Of a stretch of 64,000 nucleotides of DNA, positions 1 through 13,500 are shown piece after piece. The notes beneath the pieces are model-generated. The model saw only the letters and a program-made list of their open reading frames with translations. It had not been told where the DNA came from and searched no databases. Position 1 is the stretch's first letter. Each line of letters starts with the position of its first letter. Position numbers and translations under genes: made by a program. Origin of the DNA: Camelus ferus. Lineage: Eukaryota. Where the stretch lies: positions 61,320,001 through 61,384,000 of the forward strand of contig NC_045696.1 of the NCBI RefSeq assembly GCF_009834535.1, in the 5' to 3' direction.

Positions 1-559
1 GTAATGGCTGGATCCAGGCATTCACATGATGCGAGCAGAAATCTTTGTCTCCATTTCTTAGCCCTACTTCCTGTGTTGATTTCTTTCTCAAGCAGTCTCC
101 TCTCCCACCTTGGCCTCCAGTATCTCCAGGTTTCTATCCCACCAGCTTCGTTATCTTAATGGAAGGAGAAGGTCTCTGTCTAGTAGTTGCAACAATATGC
201 CTGAGATAGACACTCAGTAATCTGGCTTGGGTCAGATGCCCATCCCTGAGCAGATTGCTATGGCCAAAAGATTGAGCACTCTGATTGGCTAAGCCTGAGT
301 CATATGCCCACCCAGGAACCATGGACAACGTGGGGATGGAGTGGTCTCACCATGGAAATCTGGGTGCTGTTATTAGAAAAAGAGCAGATAAATGCTGCAA
401 AACCAACAGTTGTGCCCCGTGCCCAAAGACTGAGGTGGCTGCTCACCATCAGTGCCGAAGCCACTGGTTAGGAACCTTCTCCGCAAACTCTACACCACTG
501 GCCCATTTCCTCTGCTTCATGAGAGCTGTTAGCATTTAAAGATATGCCCCATATTCCCA

Positions 560-1190
560 CATCTTCTCATCTCCAGGGAAAGTAAGCCTAGATCCCCTGG
601 TTTTCCTCGCATAACAGTTTCTGGATCCCTCAGTTTCCTGGCCTTCTTCCCCTACATACTGAGTAGTGTCAAAATACTAAAACGTGGTACCCAGAGCTGA
701 ATAAAGCATTAGACGTGGCCTGACTAGTCCAGGGGCCCATGGGATGCTTGTCTCATTTCTCCTTGAGAATAGTGCACCCTAAAGACACACTAGCTTTTGT
801 AGTGACTGCTATATGAGGTACTGTTGGATTATACTCAACTGAGGGCAACACCTTTTATTATATGAGCTATCATTAAGCCAGGGGTTCCTCATTCTGCATC
901 CCCGCAGTTGGTTCTTTGAATCTAAATAAAGAACTTTGTCCTCATTAAATTTCAACTTACAAAATCTGGTCCATTATTGCAGTTCACTGAGGTGTTTCTG
1001 AATTTAAATCCTGTCTTCAGTACTAGCCTCCTTTCCAGGTTTTGCATAATCCACCTATTTTATTGGCAGATAGTCTCTTTATTTTCATCCAAGAGGATAA
1101 TAAAATGAATTAGGGCCAAGGATCAAGCCCTTTGTCTCACTACCCAAGTCCACGTGATATGTTGTGATTGCTCAATCATCTATGGAGCAA
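560..1190 (-). mobile_element. Ancient L3/CR1 LINE fragment
   Basis: gtggtacccagagctgaa..gtggcctgactag, attaaatttca, ttcatccaag motifs typical of L3. Confidence 0.55.
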
Positions 1191-1196
1191 TCATTT

Positions 1197-1684
1197 TGTT
1201 TGAATTTCCCAGGGCTGCCAGAACACATTAGCACAGACTGGGTGGCTTAGACAACATAAATTCATCCTCTCACAGATCTAGAGGCTAGAAGTCTTACATC
1301 GAGGTGTCAGCAGGGCCATGTTCCCTCCAAGGGCTCTAGGGGAAACTACTTCCTTGCCTCTTCCTAGCTTCCGTTGGTTGCTGGCAATCCTAGATGTTCC
1401 TTGGCTCAGAGCTGCATCATTCCATCTCAGCCAACATCGTCACGTGGCCTTCTTCTACATGTGTCTTCTTTGTATCTCTGCATCCAAATCTCCCTCTTCT
1501 TATCAGGGCACCAGTCGTTGGATCTATGGCTCACCCTGACCCAGTTTGAGTTCATCTAACTAGATTACATCTGCAAAGACCCTAGTTCCAAATAGGGTCA
1601 CCTATATAGGCACCAGGCACCTATATAGGCACTATATAGGCACCTTCATGGATCTTTTTAGGAGACACAATGCAACCCACTACA
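1197..1684 (-). mobile_element. MaLR MLT1-type LTR
   Basis: agggctgcc..cacagactgggtggctta..ctctcacag..gaggctagaagtc..aggtgtcagcagggccatg, the MLT1 signature. Confidence 0.85.
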
Positions 1685-3333
1685 CAAGCAGTATCGGTTT
1701 TCATCTCCCACGTCCCCTTCATGTCCTCTTGTGTCTGAAGAAGCCATACTTCAATCCAGGTGGCCGTGGGATTCCATGCACCCACCCCCAGAAACCCGCC
1801 AACCTGATCTACTAATACAGTCTAGAGCAGTGGTTGCCTCCAGGTGTACGTGGCTACCCTCTCCCTTTCCACTTTTCTGAGATTCTGATAGAATCTCCCT
1901 GGGGGAGGAGGCCAGAATCTCCTAGGGGAGGAGAGAGGGGATGTAGGGTAGAGGAGGGAGGCCACAGAGCAGCATGGTTTAGAGCTTGGACTTTGGAGTG
2001 AGACAGACCTGGGACTTAGGGCTAGCTTATTCCATCTCTCTTGCATCTCGCTTTCTTCACTTGTAAAATGTGAGTAATAAAACTTTTCTTTATGATGATT
2101 AAATGACATCCCAGTGTGATAGTGGCTGTTGCCATTGTTGCTGCTGCTGCTCCTGCTGTTAGCTGTTTGGGATTTGGGGGAATCAAAATCTGAATCCAGA
2201 ACTTCCCCGGGGCAAGATTCTGTTCAACGTCGCTGAACCTGTTTCAGGGTCCACATCTGTAAAGTGAACTCTGAGTACACCCAGTACAGAGCCTGGGGCG
2301 CAGTAAAACCATCGTAAATGTTTGCTTTTCTCCCTTCTTTTCCCAGGGTCTTTCTACTCCGCCATCCTGGCCGCTCTCCTGATCGCTCTCTTTTCTCTGT
2401 CCTTGGGGAGTGATCTTAGATTTTATTTTGAGCCTGTCTTTACTGAGACTCTAATTGTTTTTTAAAACAAAATGCTAATTATAACTAGGATATATATATA
2501 TCTTTGTCCACCAGTCCACTGAATTCTTCAGAAAGCCTATCTGAGTCACTCTTTTTATTAAGCCATTCACCCAGGTAGTAATGGAGGCAAGCGGTAAACT
2601 AACAGCCCCGCAGGCACGGAGTAACAAGGGGTGGAGCAGGGCTTCAACCCACACCCTCCAACTCCACACTTTATGTTTTGCCTTTACCAAAAGAAGTTTA
2701 GGTGTTTTTAAAAATAGGTTGACTTACATACATAAATGAGTTTTCTTTTAAAAATTAGAATATTACTGTTATATCTAAAGTTTCTTTGTCCAACACTTTC
2801 AATCCTTGTCATCCTATCCACCCCTCCAGGGGTAACTAAGTTTTATGGGTTTGATGTGTATGCTCCAGAACTTTAAGAAAATGTAGACATTTCCATTCCT
2901 TTATTTATATACAAATCTGTACAACATGTACTGTGTTTGTGGGGGTTCTTTCACATAGATGGCATCACACACCACCCAGAGTTTGGCAACTTGCATTTTT
3001 TCCTCCACAGTATGTTTTGAGAGTTGTCCCTGTTGAAACACATGAATCTGGTTTGTTCCTTTGGCCTGCTGTATTCCACCGTCAAACTTGCCATGCTTGA
3101 CCACCCCTATCCTTGTTGATAGACCCCTGTTCCTGTCCCCTTTTCCGCTGCTTCTGAGAGCTGGAGGCTTGCAGCAGCGCGGGGGTGGGAGGGCAGATCA
3201 GGAGCGGCTTTGAGGAAGCCTCCTGGGCTCACAGACTTCCTCAGCTGGAAAGGTCAGAAGCCCCAGGAGTTCACTTTGAAAGTGAGGCCACCCACAGACC
3301 CTAACCGGCTGGGTTCAAGATCAAGGACTTCCA

Positions 3334-3448
3334 GGGGGAGAGTATAGCTCAAGGTAGAGTGCATGCAGGAGGTCCTGGGTTCAATCCCCAGTACCTCCTC
3401 CAAAAATAAACTAACAAACCAAATACCTCCGCCCCCTGAAAAAAAAAA
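3334..3448 (+). mobile_element. tRNA-Ala-derived SINE (camelid vic-1-like)
   Basis: A box tagctcaagg, B box ggttcaatcc, A tail; TSD aagatcaaggac(t/g)tcc on both sides; short internal deletion between two gcatgc repeats. Confidence 0.9.
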
Positions 3449-3785
3449 AAGATCAAGGACGTCCCCCAGGCCACCTGCTGCAGGGGCAGGAAGGCCCAGC
3501 AAAGCCCCAGGAGCTTGCTTCTGGCCTTCAGTTCCTCCCAGCTGGGCCCAGCCCTCCTCACCTCTGCTTGCCAACAGGACCTATTAACAGTGAAAGATAA
3601 AAAGGGAAGTAAAATAAATTCAATAAATCAACTGAAGGGTAGTGAATAAAATGGCAGCAGTAAAACAATAAAGACAAACCAACTGACTACAGCGCAAATT
3701 CAAAAACATAGTGGTTAAACCCTGTTTGACTAGTCTTTGATCTACATTAGTACTTACCAAGAACAAGACCTGAGGCTGGAGGCCA

Positions 3786-3829
3786 GGGGCACTTCCCTAA
3801 GGGGGCACTTCCCTAAGGGAGCACTCCCT
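3786..3829. repeat. 16-bp tandem repeat ggggcacttccctaag, about 2.7 copies
   Basis: Direct inspection. Confidence 0.9.
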
Positions 3830-5999
3830 CTTTCCCGCAGGGATTCATCCTTCCTGAGGGAATGGAACTGAATCTGGGTTCCCCTTGGGCCACAGCCCCT
3901 GTGAGGGCCCATCTCAGTGGACTCTCAGCTTTGAATTTCTTGGAGATCAGGGGCTACACATTTGAATCACCCAGGAAGATTTAAAACAAACAATTTCAGT
4001 GGTTGGGAGTAAATCAGTTCAAGGGTAGAGAGCTATGAATTAACACTACACTGACTTGTCATTTTTGGCAATTTTCATGTGTAATTACTCCCACAAAACT
4101 GCTAATGATTTCCCAACTGGCTTACACATTAACTCATTCAAAATTCAAGACAATGGCCCTACATTTAGAACCCTTTGTAGCTTTTCTCACTTGCTAAGAA
4201 TTTCCAATAAACACCATGATTACTGAAAAGTCAGCCAGTTAAAACTCAGTAAGTTGCGTATAGCCAAATAATATATAAAGCAACTTGCTTTAAACTCTTT
4301 CCAAAAGTTGACAGCAAAAAAATTTACTATGGGCTGTAGGCATGTTCCACTGTGTTTGATGTGATGTGTGTGAAGCTTCCACAAGGAAGTATTTCCAGGG
4401 CCTACAGAGGGAATAGAAGAGGAGGGGAGCCCCACCCTGTGGAGGTGGACAAGAGAAGCACCCGCTGACTGCAGATGTCCTCCTCCGCGGGCTCCGTGGT
4501 TCCTGGAGCACTTCCACAAGAAGGAAGCTGAGATTCCAAGACGCCACGTCTCGACTCAGGCCTCTGTCACTAGAACTAGGCCTCTTTCCAAAACATGCTG
4601 GAATCCCCCCCACCAGTGGGGTCTGAGACCCCGCTCAGGTCTGGGATCTTTAAAGGTGGGGTGCGCTTCCCTTCACCCCTTTCCTGATCTGGCAGATCAC
4701 AGGCTGAGCCCACCTGAGCCAGGAGAGCTCAAGGGGAGAGCCTGTGAGCTGGCAGCCTCCTGACACCCAGGAGAAAGCCTTGATTACCGATCCCCAGCCA
4801 CCTAGAAAGGCTCCCCAGGACAGGAGAGGTGGCTTCAGGGCAGGAGTAGTAGGGGAAGCAGGAGAGCTTTCAGACCTCCTACCAAGTGAGGGTCAGGAGG
4901 CATCTCAGTGTGGCTGAGGAGCCAGAGCTGTGGGTCCCCAGGGCAGGCCCACACAGTGGGGGCTGCTCCCTGCAGCTCAGCCAGGCAGGGTGGCAGTTCC
5001 CAAGGAGAAAGCATTCCCATGAGAAAGAAAGCCATTCCTTCGTCCCCTGCAGTGAGCACCACCCCCGCCAAAAGCTCCTTGTAGGCTCACCCCTTCCTGT
5101 AGCAAAGCCATCCCCCCTTTCCCGCACTGGAGAGAGCTGAGGACTGGAGTGGGTCAGGACCTCCTCAGCCAGAAGCGCAGCACATCCTCAGTCTGAGTGA
5201 GTCTAAGCAGAAGAAAATAGTTGCTTCTCTCAAGTATCAGCCTCTCAGGCCAGCTCTGGGCCTGCCCAGGGAAGTATCCCCAAATAGCCCTCAGGGTGTC
5301 CTGGGCGCTCTGATCTCCAGGGTCAGCACTCAACTGAGAACCCGGGAGAGGCTCTGTTCTCATACGTTCCTTGGCAAGGCCCCTCGGGTAGGCCAGCTGG
5401 GCACAGCTGCGGGGCGGAGAATGGACAGGCTCCCTGTGTGCGGCTGGTGGTGTCCGGTCCTCGTGGCAACCTCTCCTGTCTCTAAAATTATATGCAGATT
5501 AAGAGCACTCCATCTGGCCAGAGCAGATGGAATCAGACAGAAGCATAATCAGGACACTAGATTTCAGCTCTGTGGCTCTCAGTTTATCAAGAAGACAAAA
5601 ATAAAAGACAAAGAGGCCAGGAGAGAGGTGCAGGGGGTGTGACTTGTGTGTGTGCGGGCTTGTAGATGCATGTGTGTTGTTTACGTGCCACATGATGTTG
5701 GGAGAGGACACTGACTCAGTACACGTGATAGGAAGGTGATTCTGGGGGGAGGGGATTAACCAAAGGAAACGGAAAATGGAGGTCAGAATAGATGAGCGGA
5801 AAACAGAGCAAACTCGGTGGTCAGAGAAAGGCCAGAATGTCACCAAGGCCCCAAGAGCACAAAAAGGCCTGACAAAAGTCTGAATAAGGAGAGGAGAGAA
5901 ACACTGCAGCACCGGGAGTTCCTCGAGGCCCTTAGGGCATCCTTCCCACAGCACACCAGAGTGAAGCAGAAGGAAATGCCACACGTCAATCAAGAGTAA

Positions 6000-6430
6000 A
6001 CGTGGCTACAAGCAACAGAAAACCTGACTTGCAGGTATTTGAACAAACAAGGGCTTCTTTGTCTCACAAAATAAAATATCTGAAAGTGGGTGGGGGCTGG
6101 TGCTCAGGGGTGTCAGGGCTGGCATCTCTGTGGTTCTCCTGGCCTTCTTCCGTGGAAGTATAGTTACCGCAGCTCCAAAAATCAGGAACCTTTTCAAAGA
6201 AGGAAGACAAAGGAACTGCACCAGGCAGCCTCTCCTGGGAGCTCCTCCCACTTAAGTCCCATTGGCCAAAACTGGTCACGTGGTCTCCCTCAGCCACCAG
6301 GCAGGCTGGGAAAGGAGAGGGCTGGGTTACCATGACCAGGGCTTAGCTTGTTGGACATTCAATTGCCCCAAATAAAATCAGGGTTCTGTTAGTAAGGAAA
6401 AAGGGGAATTGGGTATTGGGAAGACCACCA
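6000..6430. mobile_element. Old MLT1-like LTR fragment
   Basis: aagcaacagaaaacc and cattggccaaaactggtcacgtgg motifs; similar old fragments at 1-400 and about 45070-45400. Confidence 0.55.
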
Positions 6431-7480
6431 AGTCAAGAAGTAAGACCCTTAGTGGCAAATATTTTTTGTAAAGACTAAATTAATATTCCAAAATAGAGCT
6501 GAAACAATCTCCAGAAAGCAGTGAAGCTCTGCTTTGGGAATGGCAGTTCAAGACCCCAAGGTCTAGTCCTTTGATGCAGTCATTTCAGCCACGACTAATT
6601 GTCTCAGTTAATCTTCACAGCACCCCGATGAGGTCAATGCTATTATCTCTCCCCTCCTGCAGGCAGGAAAGACTAGTTCCACATTTTTCACATCACACTT
6701 TGCAGGAACACTACTGAGTCAAGGTTTTACAGGGTCTAATCCGGATACTCCGTTGCTGCTTGGTGCTGAACTGACTGCTCCTTATAGGAAGCTGTCCCAC
6801 CCCTCCTTTACTCAGTTACTGTCTCTGGCCTTTCCCAGGATTAAAGCACCAGTAACAAGGCCTTTGAAGTCAGACAGACCTGCATTCAAATCCCCATTCT
6901 TCTCCTTGACAGAGTGTGGCCATGGACAATCTGCTTGGCTCTCTGAGCCTCGCAGACCTCGAAAGGTTGTAGGATTAAATAGGAGACGATGGATTACAGC
7001 ACCGCTGTTGGATAACATCAGTACCTTTCTAGAGATGCAGCAATGGGGAAATGCAGCTGTGGACCAGCTCTGGTTTTGCGTAAGCCAAGATCACATAATT
7101 TCCCACAGACTTTCCTGACAAAATCCAACTTTTTATAATCAGGAGTCATCTGTTTTGTTTTCCTTTGCCCCTAAAAAAGTTGACCTGACTTGACATCTTC
7201 AGAAGTTTCTTCAACTAGCATTTATTGAGCATCTGCCAAGTGCCTGGCACTCTGCTGCTTGGAGGCCTGGCCCTCGCCCTAGGAATCTACAGTCCAGTTG
7301 CAGAATGGCACATGCAGTCAAAGAAGTCTAAAACAAGGCAGAGCCTAGTGACAATTATGTGTTGTGATCATTCAAATTGCTGCGACTTCAGAGATGGCAG
7401 AGGCTGTGTGGGTGCAGCATGGTCTTGTCTTTCATGCCCTGGGAAGCAGTCCTCTAGGGCTGGTGCAGAAGAGGTGCCGC

Positions 7481-7623
7481 CAGGACCAGCTACATAACTT
7501 GCAGGGCACCTTGTTTAAAATTAAGAATTTTGGTGACAGCAGAGCCTTAAACCCAAGTGGGGCTCTTCTGAGCACAGGACCCCATGTGACTGCACAGGTC
7601 ACATACCCATGCAGCCAGCCCTG
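7481..7623 (-). mobile_element. MER45-like hAT DNA transposon relic
   Basis: Terminal inverted repeats caggaccagct / agccagccctg; internal tgtgactgcacaggtcaca. Confidence 0.7.
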
Positions 7624-8849
7624 GCTACTGCCACCCACCACCCCTTGCTGGTCCCTCAGATCCTGCTTAGAGGACAGCTGCTGCTGTTGCGAAATTTGGG
7701 CACAGGGCAGACCCGTGGGAGATGGGACCATGAGTCACAGCTCCCTACTTCTGCCTGGGAGAGTCATTTCTGTCTGGTGAGAGTCACCAGAGGTAGAGGT
7801 GACTGTGGGTTTCCACAAGCTGAAATGGATGCTAATTTCCCCAGCGTGAGAAAGAACTGTTCCATGATAGTCCAGGGGCCATTGACAATGGCCTGTACTT
7901 CATTATGCCTTCTGCCTCACCTCAGAGCACCCGCAGAAGGTTCAGGGACCAGGAAAAGGGACACAAACCACTGATGCTAACAATCCCAAATAAAGGAAGT
8001 TCCAAGGACTCTCTGGTCTCAGAGAAAGATGCCAGGGACAGAAACCAAAATAGGACATATAATAAGCTGTACTGTCCACATAAATATTTACGATAGGCAT
8101 TAGTATGAGAGTGAAATAGCAAGTGACATCCTTGGGCTGGTTGGGCCCTTTAGACATCAGCTAGGCCATCCCCCTGCCCTCAGCTATTTCAAGGCAAATG
8201 CAGAAAGTTCTGTGCTGTGGAGCATTCTTGGGTATCAACTATCTGGGAGGCCGACTTGGCTGCTTCCTGCCTACTGCTCTGCTGTCCACTAATGACTTAT
8301 TTTGGCCCTCCTCAGAGTCCAACAACAGATCCCTGTCAACGCCCCAGTTTGCCTGGGGACCTCCATTTCTCTGCAACGCCTTTGGGAGCAGCTCTGACTG
8401 GAGGCAACCCAGCCCCACTCCTTCTGCTTCAGCCCCACAGACCAGGCCAGGAAGACCTAAGGCCAGGCCTGGCATCCTCCTGGTAGTGATGCCAGAAGCT
8501 GTAAGTGTGCCATGGTTAATCCTGCTGTGCTTGCCAAGCCAGGCCCTCATGTACACCTTTACAGCCCATGGTTACAGAGCGGGTTATAACCCTCCTCTGG
8601 CACGGGGCCTTCCTAAATGCCTTTCCTTTGAAATGAGTTTAGGGTATGTGGCCAGATACCTCCAGGGGAGATCCTGAGTGGTGAGGGCAGTTCTCCTGGC
8701 TGGTCCACAAGCTCCAGGGAGGCTGGGACTTTGTAATGTGCTTTTGTGTACCCTCTCTACACCAAGCCCAGGAATCAGCATCTGGCACACAGAAAGTATG
8801 GGCAGCATTGCAACTTGGCCTGCCTCTTTTAAAAACAACACTTTTGTTG

Positions 8850-9713
8850 AGATGCTCAACATCGCTAATTATTAGAGAATTGCAAATCAAAACTGCAATG
8901 AGGTACCACCCCACACCAGTCAGAATGGCCATCATTCAAAAGTCTACAAATAACAAATGTTGGAGCGGGTGTGGAGAGAAGGGAACCCTCGTACACTGTT
9001 GGTGGGAATGTAATTTGGTGCAGCCACTATGGAAAACAGTACGGAGGTTCCTTAAAAAACTAAAAATAGACTTATCATATGATCCAGCAATCCCACTTCT
9101 GGGCATATATCTGAAGGGAACTCCAATTCAAAAAGATACATGTACCTCAATGTTCATAGCAGAACTATTTACAATAGCCAAGACATGGAAGCAACCTAAA
9201 TGTCCATTGACAGATGATTGGATAAAGAAGCTGTGGTATACACATACAATGGAATACCACTCAGCCATAAAAAAAGAATGAAATAATGCCATTTGCAGCA
9301 ACATGGATGGACATAGAGATTATCGTACTAAGTGAAGTAAGTCAGAAAAAGAAAGACAAATTTCATATGGTATTACTTATATATGGCATCTAAAATATGA
9401 CACAAATGTACTTACTTACAAAATAGAAATGGATTGACAGACATAGAAAACAAACTTACGGTTACTAAAGAGGAAAGGGAATGGGGGAGGGATAAATAGG
9501 AGTTTGGGATAGGAGATTCAAACCACTATATATACAATAGATAAACAATAAGGTCCTACTGTATAGCACAGTGAATTATACTCAATATTCTGTAATAAAC
9601 TACAATGGAAAAGAATAAAAAAATAATATGCATATATATATATGTACAAGTGAATCACTTTGCTGTACACCAGAAACTAACACAATATTGTAAATCAACT
9701 ATAGTTCAATTTT
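8850..9713 (+). mobile_element. 5'-truncated L1 (ORF2 C-terminus + 3' UTR)
   Basis: ORF 8736..9281 carries ORF2p C-terminal motifs ([29 protein letters not shown]). Confidence 0.93.
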
Positions 9714-9733
9714 AAAAATGACATTTTTTTTTG

Positions 9734-10597
9734 GCCATTATCAAAAAAAGACAGGAGGGGAGGCTGTAGCTCACTGGTCGAGTGCATGCTTAACACACAC
9801 AAGGTCCTGGGTTCAATCCCCAGTACCTCCATTCAAATAAATAAGCAAATAAATGAACCTAATTACTTTCTCCAAAACAAAAACAAACAAACAAAATTAA
9901 AAAAATAAAAAAACAGAGAGTAACATTAACCAGGATGTAGAGAAATTGGAACCCTTGTGCACTGTTGGTGGGAAACGGTATGGTAGGTCCTTAAAAAATT
10001 AAAAACAGAATTACCATATGATTCAGCAATTGCACTTCTGGGTATATACCCAAAAGAACTGAAAGAAGGATCTTGAAGAGATATTTGTAAATCCATGTTC
10101 ATAGAGGCAATATTCATAATAGCCAAAAGGTGGAAGCAACCCAAGTGTCCACTGACAGACAAATGTAAAAACAAAATGTGGTCTATACACACAACAGAAT
10201 ATTATTCAGCCTTACAAAGGAAGGAAATTCTGACACAGGCTATGACATAGATGAACCATAAGGTCATCATGCTAAGTGAAATGAGCCAGCCACATGGAAA
10301 CAAAGACTATGTGTTCACTTACATGAGGGACCTGGAGTAGTAAGATTCATAGAGACAGAGAGCAGAATGGTGGTTGCCAGGGGTGGGTGTGGAGAGCTTT
10401 TGTTCAATGGGTAGAGTCTTAGTTTTGCAAGATGAAAAGAGTTCTTAAAAAAAAAAAGATGGAAAAAGTTCAGGAGTTTGGTCACATGACAATGTCAATG
10501 TACTTAACACTACAGTTTAAAATGGCTAACTTAAAAATGGTTAAGGTGCTAAATTTTATGTTATATGTATTTTCCCATTATTAAAAATACTTACCAC
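9734..10597 (+). mobile_element. Older 5'-truncated L1 (L1MA/MB-like 3' end), interrupted by a SINE and, in its tail, by the next element
   Basis: Degenerate ORF2 end and the typical 3' UTR terminus (aaaatggttaagg..aaattttatgttatatgtatttt). Confidence 0.85.
9757..9905 (+). mobile_element. tRNA-derived SINE inserted in an L1
   Basis: Same head and body as the other copies; flanks aaaaaaagacag / aaaaaaacag. Confidence 0.88.
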
Positions 10598-13500
10598 AGA
10601 GGTGCCAAAGTGGCAGAGTAGGACCCACAGCTCACCCTCTCCCACAAATACACCAAGAATTACACGTACAAACCCACTGAATCACACAGAGCAACTGAAC
10701 TCTGGCAGTGTCTCTCACTTTGAAATACAGGAGGATTCTCACAAAATCCAGTAAGAGAAAAAAAGAAAAAGAAAATTGGTGTGGGAGCAGTCCTGCAGGG
10801 AGGGAGTGGCATAGGAAGAAAGGCACCCTCATGCTGGGACACCGCCTCTCCAGCTGAGTGGTCAGCAGGGACGAAAGCAGAGCTTCTGAGGCTCCGAAGA
10901 AAAAGTGGCAGCCACTTGGGAGACAGAACCAAGAGAAACTGGTATGGAGGGTCCCTGCAGTCCTCAGCCTTAGATGTGAGTCAGCAGGGACACTGCCGGG
11001 ACTGGCTGCTGGAGATCTGTGAGGAGCCCGGGCAGAGGGCTGGGGCCCACTGCACAGAGGCAGCCTCAGGGGACTGGAGGGCAGTGTGAGCTCTGGCTGG
11101 GGTGTGTGCAGAACAGAACAGCCTGGGACCCCCATACAAAAGCACCACTGCTGGTGACGTTGAGGGGAGGGGTGCAATGCAGCTGTGCCATGGCGGATTC
11201 CTCTGCTTGCCTCCACGGTTGGTGTGTTCTCGAGAGAAGAGAGGTGGGGCTTGGTCATAGCCATTGCTGCTATGGGCTGGGCTGAAAGCTGAATCCATAC
11301 CCAGCGGCCTAGCAACTTCACAGGTGGGACTGAGTTTTGTTTACAGCCCCAGGCAGAGAGGGTGGATCTGCTCTCTCTGCACCCTTGTAGACCCACGCCT
11401 CTGGCAGTGAGTGGAGTTCTGGCACATGGCAGGGGCGAGTACTAGTATTTATAACAGGCCGGCATACCACACCCTGTGTGGAGGTGGGGCTGGGGTCTGC
11501 ACTGACCCTGTGGTGCACCACAGGTTCAGGTGTGGGACTGCATACTTGCTACGGTGGGTCCTAGCACCTGACATTGGCAGATCTGCGCTGGTGGTTCCTG
11601 GAGTTCAGAACCAGAGCAGGTGGCAGACATTCCAGCAGCTAAGGCAGGGACAAAGGCAGCGTCAACAAAGAGTACTTTCTAAGCCCACATAACAAGTGAC
11701 AGACAACAACACAGAGGGCACCTCCCAGGGGACATCTGCAGAGGTACACTCAGCGACTCTTCTTCCCAGCTGTAGTGCTCCGACCCTGCCTACCATACAC
11801 CACAGCTCAGAAACGGGTCTAGAAGCCTCTATTCCAGCAACAGGGAAGCAGACCTGGCCCCTGTCAAGGCTGTGACAACCACAGAACAAAAAAGGAGGCC
11901 CTGCTCAACAACAACAATCAGGGCAGGCTCTGATCCCCACAACACCAACCACACCCCCAATCAAAAGGATAATAGCCAACACACATGGAAGATGTGGCAA
12001 CCATCCATACTAAGAACAGCCCTCACAACAAAGCTATTAAATGAACACAGTCTGCACAGGAACACTCCCACTTTAAATAAAAACAAACAAACAAAAAATA
12101 GCCCTTCAAGACCACAGTAGATGGAGAAATGTAAGTAAAATGAAGAAGCAGAGGAACCACTCCCAATTTAAAGAACAAAACAAAAACAGAAGTCCCCTGA
12201 AAGAATGAACAATGAGATAGACCTCGACAGTCTACTGGATCATGACTTCAAAAAGGGGGTGATAAAAGCACTGACAGAAATAAGAGAGTCTATGAATAGA
12301 GACAGAGAATACTATGGAAAGGAAATAGAAACTATAAAGAGGAGCCAATTAAAAACAAAACTCAATGGCTGAGATAAGAGCCAAGCTAAAGGCAGTCAAA
12401 AGCAGACCAGATAATGCAGAGGAATGAATAAGTGACTTAGAAGACAGGATAACAGATATCACCCAATCAGAACAGCAGACAGAAAAGCAAGTAAAAAACA
12501 ATGAAAGCAATATAAGGAATCTGAGATAACATAAAGTGTGCCAGTCTATGCATAATAGGAGTCCCAGAAGGAGAAGAAAGAGAAAAGGGGATTGAAAAGC
12601 TATTTGAAGAAATCATGACTGAAAACTTTCTAAACCTAAAGAAGGAAACAGATATCCAAGTACAGGAAGCACAGAAGGTCCCCAACAAGAAGAACCCAAA
12701 TAGACCCACACCAAGACATATTATAATTAAGATGGTCAAAATTAAAGACAAAGAAATGATTCTAAAGGCAAGAGAAAAACGAAGAGTTAGTTATAAGGGA
12801 ACCCCAATAAGGCTTTCAGCTGATTTCTCTACACAAACACTGCTGGCCAGAAAGAAGTGGCAAGATACTTTGAAAGTCCTCAATGAGAAAAGGCTGCAAC
12901 CTAGGATACTCTATCTGGCAAGACTATCCTTTAGAGTAGGAGAAAGAATTTCACAGACAAGCAAAAACTGAAAGAATTCAGTGATACTAAACCTATGCTA
13001 AAAGAAATGTTGAAAGGTCTACTCTAAATAGAAAAGAAGCAGGAAGCTACAGAAACAAGACAATCTTAATTGGAAATGCAATAACTACAATGAGTTGCAA
13101 GAGAATAAACATGAAGATGTAAAAAAAAAAAAGACATCAAAATCATAAAAGGTGGGAGATGGGAGCAAGAAAATAGATCTTTTTCTCTCTTCTTTTATTT
13201 TTTTCTCCATTCTTTTTAGGATGTGACTGTCAGTTTAAAGCAAATGACTATCAGTTTAAAGCAAATAGATACAGTAAGGGGTTAACATACTTGAAAAACG
13301 GGGTACACAACCAGAAAAATTGTGCTGTACACCAGAAATTGACACAACATTGTAAACTGACTATAACTCAATAAAAATTAAAAAAAAAAAACGGTACACA
13401 AATCAAAAGCATAGAACAGAGTGACAGAAACCAAGCTAGTACCAAAGAAAATTATCAAACCAGAAAAATACTGTATGATATCACTTATATGTGAAATCTA

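Noticed and set aside
8736..9281. 181-aa ORF as a host gene
   Set aside because: It is the C-terminal part of L1 ORF2p in a 5'-truncated element.
10632..11396. 254-aa antisense ORF in the L1 5' UTR (ORF0-like idea)
   Set aside because: No ATG start, no recognisable domain, GC-rich decayed repeat; chance is sufficient unless it is open in the family consensus.
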